Shown in pieces: positions 25,887-32,509 of a stretch of DNA of 64,000 nt (its first letter is position 1; the number at the start of each line of letters is the position of its first letter). The translations under genes and the position numbers were made by a program. The notes beneath the pieces are model-generated. The model ran no database searches. It worked only from the letters and a program-made list of their open reading frames with translations, and was not told the DNA's origin. Source of the DNA: an uncultured Candidatus Saccharibacteria bacterium (GTDB lineage: Bacteria; Patescibacteriota; Minisyncoccia; Minisyncoccales; CAZKCU01); assembly GCA_964431915.1 (NCBI GenBank), contig CAYSLI010000001.1, positions 111,240-175,239 on the forward strand, read 5' to 3'.

Positions 25887-27869
25887 ATGCTATATCTTTC
25901 CATCATTGTTTCTCTTTTTACTATAGTTTTTGTTATCTTTTTGATTCGGAAAATAAATCAGGCCTCTTCTGGTTCTGAGAAAATGGTCAAAATTTCTCAG
26001 TCCATTAGAAAGGGAGCTGGAGCTTTTTTAAAAAGAGAATTTAAAATAATGGCTCTGGTTTTTGTTTTGATTGCTTTTTTACTTGGTTTAACGACAAAGA
26101 CTTTTTCAGCAGCTTTTGTTTTCTTAATTGGAGCAGGAGTATCAAGTATAGCCGGTTTTATTGGGATGATGATTTCCACCCGGGCAAATTCCCGGGTAGC
26201 TAATGCCGCCAGAACGAATTTTCCAAAAAGTTTTCAGATTGCTTTCTCTGGAGGAAAGGTTATGGGTTTTTTGGTGGTTGGCCTGGGATTATTGGGAATA
26301 TCAGTAATTTGGCTTTTTTGTAAAGATACTCAGCTTTTACTTCGCTATGCTTTCGGCGCTTCTCTGGTTGCTCTTTTTATGAGAGTGGGAGGGGGGATTT
26401 TTACCAAATCAGCTGATGTGGGAGCAGATTTAGTAGGAAAAGTTGAGAAAGGAATTCCCGAAGATGACCCCAGAAACCCGGCAGTAATTGCTGACAATGT
26501 TGGAGATAATGTAGGAGATATTGCCGGAATGGGTTCTGACCTTTTTGAATCCTATGTTTCAGCCATTATTGCGGCAATAGTTATTGGAGTGGTGGCATTT
26601 GGAGAAAAAGGTCTTTTTTTACCCCTGATTTTGGCCTCAGCTGGAATTTTGAGTTCGATTATCGGCAGCTTTTTTGTAAAAATTTCCAAAGACCTCCAGA
26701 AAAAACCATTTCCAGAACAAACTGAGCAAATCCGAAAAGCCATGGGAAAAGGGGTGATTGCAGCTAACGTTTTAATGGCTGTGGCTGCCTACTTCATAAT
26801 TTCAAATTTGTTTGGAGAGATTGGGTTATTCTGGGCGCTTTTGGCCGGTCTGGGAGTTGGTTTTTTGATTGGTAAGAGCAGTGAATACTATACTTCAGCA
26901 GAAAAGAAACCCGTACAAGATATTGCCAAAGCCTCTCAAATTGGAGCTTCAACGGTAATTATTGAAGGGTTGGCAGTGGGAATGAAAAGCGTTGCCTTGC
27001 CAGTGCTGGGAGTAGCCATTGCCACCCTCCTTGCTTATTATTTTGGCGGACTATATGGAATTGCCATAGCTTCAGTAGGAATTCTGGCAGTTTTGGGAAT
27101 AAATCTGTCTACAGATTGCTACGGTCCCATTGTTGATAACGCTGCCGGGATTTCAGAGATGGCCGGCCTGGAACAAGAAGTTCGCCAGAGAACAGAATCC
27201 TTAGATGCGGTGGGAAACACTACTGCCGCTACCGGAAAAGGATTTGCCATAGGGTCAGCCGCCTTGGTGGCTTTGGCCTGGTTGAGTACCTATTTTGAAG
27301 TAGCTAATCTTCAAATAATCAGTCTTTTAGATTCTAAAGTAATTGCCGGTCTTTTTATTGGAGCTGGACTTTCTTTCTTATTTTGTTCCCTCTCTCTAAA
27401 AGCAGTAGGTCGGGGGGCTCAGGAAGTAGTTAAAGAAGTAAGAAGACAATTCCGGGAAATCCCTGGCATAATGGAAGAGCAGGCCGAGCCGGATTATGAC
27501 AGCTGCGTGGATTTAATCACCAAAAAATCCTTAAAGGAAATGATTTTGCCCGGGATTTTGGTTATTTTGGTTCCGATTTTATCGGGGATTATTTTAGGAG
27601 TTGAGGCCTTAGGCGGAGTTTTGGCCGGCAGTTTAATTACGGGATTTTTATTGGCTTTGTTTATGGCTAATGCCGGAGGAGCTTGGGATAACGCTAAAAA
27701 ATTCATTGAGGCTGGTAATTTAGGAGGAAAAGGGTCTGAGGCTCATAAGGCCGCAGTGATTGGCGATACGGTTGGAGACCCATTCAAAGACACCGCCGGT
27801 CCTTCTTTGAATATTTTAATAAAATTAGTTGGTATAATCTCTTTAATCTTCCTTCCGTTTTTCTTGTAA
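25887..27869 (+). CDS. hppA: Membrane-bound H+/Na+-translocating pyrophosphatase
   Basis: 660-aa polytopic ORF with 'DNVGDNVGD', 'GGAWDNAKK' and '[11 protein letters not shown]'. Confidence 0.95.
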   Translation: MLYLSIIVSLFTIVFVIFLIRKINQASSGSEKMVKISQSIRKGAGAFLKREFKIMALVFVLIAFLLGLTTKTFSAAFVFLIGAGVSSIAGFIGMMISTRANSRVANAARTNFPKSFQIAFSGGKVMGFLVVGLGLLGISVIWLFCKDTQLLLRYAFGASLVALFMRVGGGIFTKSADVGADLVGKVEKGIPEDDPRNPAVIADNVGDNVGDIAGMGSDLFESYVSAIIAAIVIGVVAFGEKGLFLPLILASAGILSSIIGSFFVKISKDLQKKPFPEQTEQIRKAMGKGVIAANVLMAVAAYFIISNLFGEIGLFWALLAGLGVGFLIGKSSEYYTSAEKKPVQDIAKASQIGASTVIIEGLAVGMKSVALPVLGVAIATLLAYYFGGLYGIAIASVGILAVLGINLSTDCYGPIVDNAAGISEMAGLEQEVRQRTESLDAVGNTTAATGKGFAIGSAALVALAWLSTYFEVANLQIISLLDSKVIAGLFIGAGLSFLFCSLSLKAVGRGAQEVVKEVRRQFREIPGIMEEQAEPDYDSCVDLITKKSLKEMILPGILVILVPILSGIILGVEALGGVLAGSLITGFLLALFMANAGGAWDNAKKFIEAGNLGGKGSEAHKAAVIGDTVGDPFKDTAGPSLNILIKLVGIISLIFLPFFL

Positions 27870-27898
27870 AGAATTAATAGGGAAGTTTTAGCAAGCAT

Positions 27899-28765
27899 AT
27901 GGAAACTTCAATTAAAAAACTGCCAAAGTCTCAAATTGAAATTTTAGTCAGGGTTCCGGTTGAAGAATTTAATAATTTTGTTGAAAAGGCAACTTTGGAT
28001 TTGGCAAAAGACCTTGAAATTAAAGGGTTTCGCAAAGGTATGGCGCCAAAGGAAATAGTTGAAAAGGAAATTGGCCCGGGAAGAATTTTAGAAACAGCTG
28101 CTAATCAAGCAATAAAAGAAAATTACTTCAAGGCAATTTCGGAAAATAAGATTGAAGCTATTTCTAAACCTGAAATTGAAGTTTTAAAACTGGCTCCTGG
28201 AAATCCCTTTGAATTTAAGGCCAAAATTTCGGTTTTGCCCGAAGTCAAATTGCCAGATTACAAACAGATTGCTTCTCAAGTTAAGAGAAGGGAAGTTGTA
28301 GTTACCAAAGAAGAAATCGAAAGATTGAAAGCGGAGAAAGAGAGGATTGAAAAAGAAAGAATCCGCCAGGAAATCTTAGATAAAATAGCTGAAAATTCTC
28401 AGATTGAGATTTCCGAAGTTTTAGTAGAATCAGAAAAAAAGCGAATGCTTGAGAGTTTAAAGCAGCAAGTTCCCCAAATGCTTCAGATTAAATTCGAGGA
28501 TTACTTGGCTAAAACAAATAAGACCGAAAAAGAATTATTGGACTCTTTTTTGCCGGAAGCTCAAAGAAAAATCAAAAACTCTCTGGTCTTGAAAGAAATT
28601 GAAAGGAGAGAGAATATTGAGGTTTCAGAGAAAGAAATAAAAGAAGAGATAGATAAAATTTCCAAAACTTATCCCAATCTTGACCAAAACCAATTAAAAG
28701 ATTATAGTGAAAGCGTCATCAGAAACAATAAAACTTTTCAATTTTTAGAAAATTTTGTTAAATAA
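27899..28765 (+). CDS. tig: Trigger factor, short form lacking the PPIase domain
   Basis: The N-terminal ribosome-binding signature 'GFRKGMAPK' is followed directly by C-domain-like sequence. The protein is only 288 aa. Confidence 0.8.
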   Translation: METSIKKLPKSQIEILVRVPVEEFNNFVEKATLDLAKDLEIKGFRKGMAPKEIVEKEIGPGRILETAANQAIKENYFKAISENKIEAISKPEIEVLKLAPGNPFEFKAKISVLPEVKLPDYKQIASQVKRREVVVTKEEIERLKAEKERIEKERIRQEILDKIAENSQIEISEVLVESEKKRMLESLKQQVPQMLQIKFEDYLAKTNKTEKELLDSFLPEAQRKIKNSLVLKEIERRENIEVSEKEIKEEIDKISKTYPNLDQNQLKDYSESVIRNNKTFQFLENFVK

Positions 28766-28769
28766 ATTT

Positions 28770-29354
28770 ATGGTTTTAATTCCAACCGTCATCGAAAAAT
28801 CTCAACATGGAGAGAGAGCCTATGATATTTACTCCCGACTTTTAAAAGAAAGAATTATTTTTTTGGCAGGTCCCATTACTGATGTTGTGGCTAATTCAGC
28901 CATTGCCCAAATGCTTTTTTTGGCCAGCCAAAATCCCAACAAAGATATCCAGCTTTATATTAATACCCCGGGAGGTTCGGTTACTGCAGGTTTAGCAATC
29001 TACGATACTATGCAATATGTTAAATGCCCTATTTCTACTGTCTGCGTTGGATTAGCAGGTTCAATGGGAGCGACTTTACTAGCTGCTGGAGAAAAGGGAA
29101 AGCGTTTTGCCCTGCCCAATGCTGAAATTTTACTGCATCAGGTGGCAGGCGGAGTTACTGGCGCGGCGGTAGAGATTGAAATTACGGCGAAACAAATTAT
29201 TAAAATAAAAGAAAAGTTAAATAAAATCTTAGCCAAACATTCCGGCCAACCTCTGGAAAAAGTAGAAAAAGATACTGACCGAGATTTTTATTTGTCGGCC
29301 GATGGAGCAAAAGAATACGGAATTATTGACGAGGTGATTAAAACAAAAGAATAA
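28770..29354 (+). CDS. clpP: ATP-dependent Clp protease proteolytic subunit
   Basis: '[22 protein letters not shown]' and the catalytic context 'GLAGSMGA'. ATG at 28770. Confidence 0.95.
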   Translation: MVLIPTVIEKSQHGERAYDIYSRLLKERIIFLAGPITDVVANSAIAQMLFLASQNPNKDIQLYINTPGGSVTAGLAIYDTMQYVKCPISTVCVGLAGSMGATLLAAGEKGKRFALPNAEILLHQVAGGVTGAAVEIEITAKQIIKIKEKLNKILAKHSGQPLEKVEKDTDRDFYLSADGAKEYGIIDEVIKTKE

Positions 29355-29377
29355 AATTAATAGCTGAGATAATTAAC

Positions 29378-29408
29378 AAATTACAGAGAACCGTTCTCTG
29401 TAATTTTT
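29378..29408 (+). terminator. Family A palindrome acting as the clpP terminator
   Basis: An 11-13 bp stem aaattacagagaa/ttctctgtaattt followed by a T-run. Confidence 0.7.
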
Positions 29409-29422
29409 ATTACCCGGGCTAC

Positions 29423-29451
29423 TTGACAAATTCTCTGAAATGGTGTAATCT
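29423..29451 (+). promoter_or_regulatory. Cassette promoter P1
   Basis: TTGACA-17 nt-TAATCT. A 30-nt block, TTGACAAATTCTCTGAAATGGTGTAAT, is conserved in P2-P4. Confidence 0.65.
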
Positions 29452-29495
29452 AGTAATAGAATATTACAAATTTTATATAGAAAGAGGTGAAAAGA

Positions 29496-29735
29496 ATGGA
29501 TGATTTATACAAGAAGTCCTTCCTACCACTTTTAGGAATTTTCGGTGGGTTGGCCTGGTTGGTAGCTGGTTTTATAATACTAGTCTGTCCTCCACAAGTA
29601 ATTCAGTGGGCAGGGTTTAATTTCTTTGTTATTGGCCTTGTTTTGCTTATTATCAGCGTTTGTTATTTTGTTAACATCACCGGTGATGAAAATTCAAGAC
29701 TTATAAGGAAATTGAATAAAAAAAGGATAGGATAG
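29496..29735 (+). CDS. Small two-TM membrane protein
   Basis: 79 aa from ATG 29496, with an AAAGAGG Shine-Dalgarno sequence 8 nt upstream. It has two hydrophobic helices. Confidence 0.5.
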   Translation: MDDLYKKSFLPLLGIFGGLAWLVAGFIILVCPPQVIQWAGFNFFVIGLVLLIISVCYFVNITGDENSRLIRKLNKKRIG

Positions 29736-29752
29736 GATCATGTTACTGAAAT

Positions 29753-29789
29753 AAAACCCCTGAATCTTGTTTAGAATTCAGGGGTTTTT
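29753..29789 (+). terminator. Rho-independent terminator
   Basis: Stem cccctgaat/attcagggg followed by TTTTT. Confidence 0.75.
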
Positions 29790-29820
29790 ACTAACTTCAT
29801 TAGAAAATGAAAATTATGAC

Positions 29821-29849
29821 TTGACAAATTCTTTGAAATAGTGTAAAAT
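29821..29849 (+). promoter_or_regulatory. Cassette promoter P2
   Basis: TTGACA-17 nt-TAAAAT, in the conserved block. Confidence 0.65.
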
Positions 29850-29926
29850 TCTAAATAAAAGTTAGTGAATTAGATATTCACTCGACGCTTAATAATTTAA
29901 TATAGGAAGAAAAGAAGGTGATACTG

Positions 29927-30394
29927 ATGGCAAGAAAAGTATTAATTACAGGAATTATTCTTGTCCTGATAGCGTTAGTGACCCTAGGCATTGATATGTA
30001 TAATAGTTGCCCGAGAAAACCAATCTCTGTTTCTAAAACTCCCGAAGAAAAAACATTAGAAATGGAAAAGCTGGAAAAAGTAGGCTATTTGGTAGATTCG
30101 GAAGAATTTTTGGGCGGCTTTACCACGGGCGGTGTAGTAGAAGAAATTTTTGAAAACGCGCTTGTCATCCAAAGACTTAATGAGAAAGGAGAAGAAATAC
30201 TTGTAACGGTTCCGGTTGCTCAAGATGCAGAAATTACTTCCGGGAAGAAGGAAATTGCCTTTGAGGAAATAAAAAAAGGAGATGAAGTTTTTGTTTTGTT
30301 AAACCAGATGCAGGTAATTCTTTCGGGCGTTCCTTTAGAAGGAGTTTACGTTAATGTATCGGCACCAGAAGATTTGTTACTATCAGTGGAATGA
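29927..30394 (+). CDS. N-terminally anchored membrane protein, paralog family (155 aa)
   Basis: 'MARKVLITGIILVLIALVTLGIDM...' is highly similar to ORF 30726..31190. Confidence 0.6.
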   Translation: MARKVLITGIILVLIALVTLGIDMYNSCPRKPISVSKTPEEKTLEMEKLEKVGYLVDSEEFLGGFTTGGVVEEIFENALVIQRLNEKGEEILVTVPVAQDAEITSGKKEIAFEEIKKGDEVFVLLNQMQVILSGVPLEGVYVNVSAPEDLLLSVE

Positions 30395-30409
30395 ATAATT
30401 CACGAAAGA

Positions 30410-30449
30410 AAAGAGGTAAAAAAGCAATTTTTTTACCTCTTTTACTTTT
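30410..30449 (+). terminator. Hairpin terminator
   Basis: Stem agaggtaaaaa/tttttacctct followed by T-rich sequence. Confidence 0.65.
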
Positions 30450-30470
30450 CTCAATTAGAAATTTTTTCAT

Positions 30471-30499
30471 TTGACAAATTCTCTAAAATGGTGTAATAT
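30471..30499 (+). promoter_or_regulatory. Cassette promoter P3
   Basis: TTGACA-17 nt-TAATAT, in the conserved block. Confidence 0.65.
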
Positions 30500-30544
30500 T
30501 AAATTACTTAGTTAGTATCATTTAAAATTTAAAAGGTGATAGCA

Positions 30545-30694
30545 ATGATTCAAATGAAAGAAAAGAGGATAATTATTATGGCAATTATTGGGATTGCCGG
30601 AATTATCGGGATTATTGTTGGCTTGGTTGCAATAAATAATTTTGTTGATTTGAAAAGAATAATAGTATGGGATATTGTTTTTTTGGGGTTATAG
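30545..30694 (+). CDS. Mini-protein (49 aa, single TM), not in the ORF track
   Basis: My own translation is MIQMKEKRIIIMAIIGIAGIIGIIVGLVAINNFVDLKRIIVWDIVFLGL*. It is paralogous to the mini-ORF at 31351. Confidence 0.5.
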   Translation: MIQMKEKRIIIMAIIGIAGIIGIIVGLVAINNFVDLKRIIVWDIVFLGL

Positions 30695-30725
30695 CTTATT
30701 ACCCTAAAAGAAAGGAGTGATAATA

Positions 30726-31190
30726 ATGCGAATAGGAAAAATAGCAATTACAGGAATTATTCTTGCCCTGATAGCGTTAGTGACTCTAGGCATTGATATG
30801 GTTGATACATATAACAGTTATCCAAGAAAGCCAATGTCTGTTTCTAAAACTCCCGAAGAAAAAACACTAGAAATGGAAAAGCTACAGAAGGTAAGTTCTT
30901 TGACAGATTCAGAAGAATTTTTGGGTGGCTTCAGTACTGGCGGTGTAGTAGAAGAAGTTTTTGAAAACGCTCTTGTCATCCGAAAATTTAACGAAAAAGG
31001 AGAGGAAATATTTGTAACGGTTCCGGTTGCTCAAGATGCAGAAATTACTTCCGGGAAGAAGGAAATTGCCCTTAACAAAATAAAACCGGGAGATAAAGTA
31101 TTTATTTTGTTAAATCAAATGCAGGTAATTTTGTCAGGTTGTCCTCTGGAGGGAGTTTATATTGACGTATCGGTGCCAGAGCAGATTTAA
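30726..31190 (+). CDS. N-terminally anchored membrane protein, paralog family (154 aa)
   Basis: 'MRIGKIAITGIILALIALVTLGIDM...'. An AAAGGAG Shine-Dalgarno sequence lies 8 nt upstream of ATG 30726. Confidence 0.6.
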   Translation: MRIGKIAITGIILALIALVTLGIDMVDTYNSYPRKPMSVSKTPEEKTLEMEKLQKVSSLTDSEEFLGGFSTGGVVEEVFENALVIRKFNEKGEEIFVTVPVAQDAEITSGKKEIALNKIKPGDKVFILLNQMQVILSGCPLEGVYIDVSVPEQI

Positions 31191-31206
31191 AATGAGTAAT
31201 TCAAAA

Positions 31207-31238
31207 AAGAGAGGTAAATTTTACATTTGCCTCTCTCT
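31207..31238 (+). terminator. Hairpin, weak terminator
   Basis: Stem agagagg/cctctct without a clean T-run. Confidence 0.4.
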
Positions 31239-31267
31239 TGCTTTCTCACCTTTAGAAAGTCTTTAAT

Positions 31268-31296
31268 TTGACAAATTTTATAAAATAGTGTAGAAT
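31268..31296 (+). promoter_or_regulatory. Cassette promoter P4
   Basis: TTGACA-17 nt-TAGAAT, in the conserved block. Confidence 0.6.
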
Positions 31297-31350
31297 TCAG
31301 TTAGTAAAATATTTAAAATTCAACATGGAAGAAAGAAGAAAGTGATTGTA

Positions 31351-31491
31351 ATGAAGGAGAAAAGGATATTAATTTCAGGAATTATTGGGATTATTGGCTT
31401 AGTTGTAGTCTTAGTTCTAATAAATATTTTTATTTACGATTTAAGACCAACAGTAAGAGTCTGGGACATTGTTTGGTTATGGGGTTTTTAA
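31351..31491 (+). CDS. Mini-protein (46 aa, single TM), not in the ORF track
   Basis: My own translation is MKEKRILISGIIGIIGLVVVLVLINIFIYDLRPTVRVWDIVWLWGF*. It shares the MKEKRI start and the VWDIV C-terminal motif with the mini-ORF at 30545. Confidence 0.5.
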   Translation: MKEKRILISGIIGIIGLVVVLVLINIFIYDLRPTVRVWDIVWLWGF

Positions 31492-31520
31492 AAATATCTA
31501 AAAAAGTTCAATAATTCAAG

Positions 31521-31553
31521 AAAGAGGTAATACAAAAGTATTGCCTCTTTTTG
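31521..31553 (+). terminator. Hairpin terminator
   Basis: Stem aaagaggtaatac/gtattgcctcttt followed by TT. Confidence 0.6.
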
Positions 31554-31608
31554 CAAAAATTTTTAAAAATATTATTTAACTAAATACCATTTAAAATAGT
31601 TCTTTAGT

Positions 31609-31708
31609 TACCCGAGCTGCAGCGAAGGGTGGAATCGAAGAAGATTTCTTCTTCTCTACCTTCGCTTTCGTTACGCGAAAGTTTGGTGAAGAACGGATGT
31701 TCTTCGAG
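31609..31708 (-). repeat. GC-rich multi-hairpin element family C, about 100 nt, intergenic
   Basis: The reverse complement ends in ...CCCTTCGCTGCAGCTCGGGTA. It contains the hairpins gaagaag/cttcttc, tttcg/cgaaa and gaagaac/gttcttc. Confidence 0.7.
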
Positions 31709-31717
31709 TTATCCACA
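31709..31717 (+). promoter_or_regulatory. Perfect DnaA-box 9-mer TTATCCACA
   Basis: Exact match abutting the family C element. Confidence 0.4.
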
Positions 31718-31737
31718 AGCCCTTTATTTTTTTAATT

Positions 31738-31809
31738 GTGGTATAATGATATTGACATTATACTATAATTTGTAATTATGATATAATAATTATGGTATAA
31801 TTGTATAAT
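31738..31809 (+). promoter_or_regulatory. Cluster of five TATAAT hexamers, three in TGnTATAAT context
   Basis: TATAAT occurs at 31742, 31764, 31782, 31796 and 31804. Confidence 0.5.
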
Positions 31810-31833
31810 AAATAAAGTAAGATTTCCAAACCT

Positions 31834-31904
31834 CGTAGAGAAATTTCGAATTGCTTCGCAAATCTAATTTTTCTCTAGAAAAATCTTTTCGAAATTCTTC
31901 TACG
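31834..31904 (+). ncRNA. Structured 5' leader (putative three-way junction) upstream of ORF 31953
   Basis: The outer 17-bp stem cgtagagaaatttcgaa / ttcgaaattcttctacg has 1 mismatch and 1 G-U pair. It encloses the hairpins ttgc-ttc-gcaa and atttttc/gaaaaat. Confidence 0.35.
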
Positions 31905-31952
31905 GGGAAAGGTCGAAAATCCCAAATAATTAAAAATTTAAAAATAAAAATT

Positions 31953-32477
31953 ATGAATAAAAAAACAACTATTGTTATTGCTATCCTCATTGCTATTTTT
32001 GTAATAGGGATAAGTTATTATGTTGGTTTGAATGTGGGGAGCCAAAAAATAACTCCAGGAACGGAGAAAGGAACAGTAGCAGAGAAAATAGAAAAAATGG
32101 ATTCTTTACTGGCTTCAGAAGCAATTCGGTGGGTGCTTTCTGTTAGCGGCACTGTGAAAGAAATATCTGGTCGTAATTTAACCGTTGCAGGACTTACTGA
32201 GACAGGAGAAGAAACACCTTCTTTAGTAATTCCAATTAGCCAGGAGGCAAAAATCACTTCCGATTATATTCTGCCAACAGGAGCTGCAGCAGAAGAGATA
32301 ACAGGCACAATTACTACTGCTGATGGAAAAGCATACAACTTGGGCGAAAAAGAAATCGGTCTTGAAGAGATTAAAGCAGAAGATAATGTTTTTATTTCTT
32401 TGAATTTAAAACCAGATTATACCGTAGAGGGAACCGAAGTTCGGGTGTCGCCAGTGGATTTGGTACCAACAGAGTAA
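31953..32477 (+). CDS. N-terminally anchored membrane protein, distant paralog of 29927 and 30726
   Basis: ATG at 31953 gives 'MNKKTTIVIAILIAIFVIG'. It shares the pattern G.V.EI...L.V......GEE....(V/I)P..Q.A.ITS....EI..EEIK..D.VF..LN with the two paralogs. Confidence 0.55.
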   Translation: MNKKTTIVIAILIAIFVIGISYYVGLNVGSQKITPGTEKGTVAEKIEKMDSLLASEAIRWVLSVSGTVKEISGRNLTVAGLTETGEETPSLVIPISQEAKITSDYILPTGAAAEEITGTITTADGKAYNLGEKEIGLEEIKAEDNVFISLNLKPDYTVEGTEVRVSPVDLVPTE

Positions 32478-32509
32478 AATAATCGTCTGAAAATTTATTG
32501 GAATAATAA

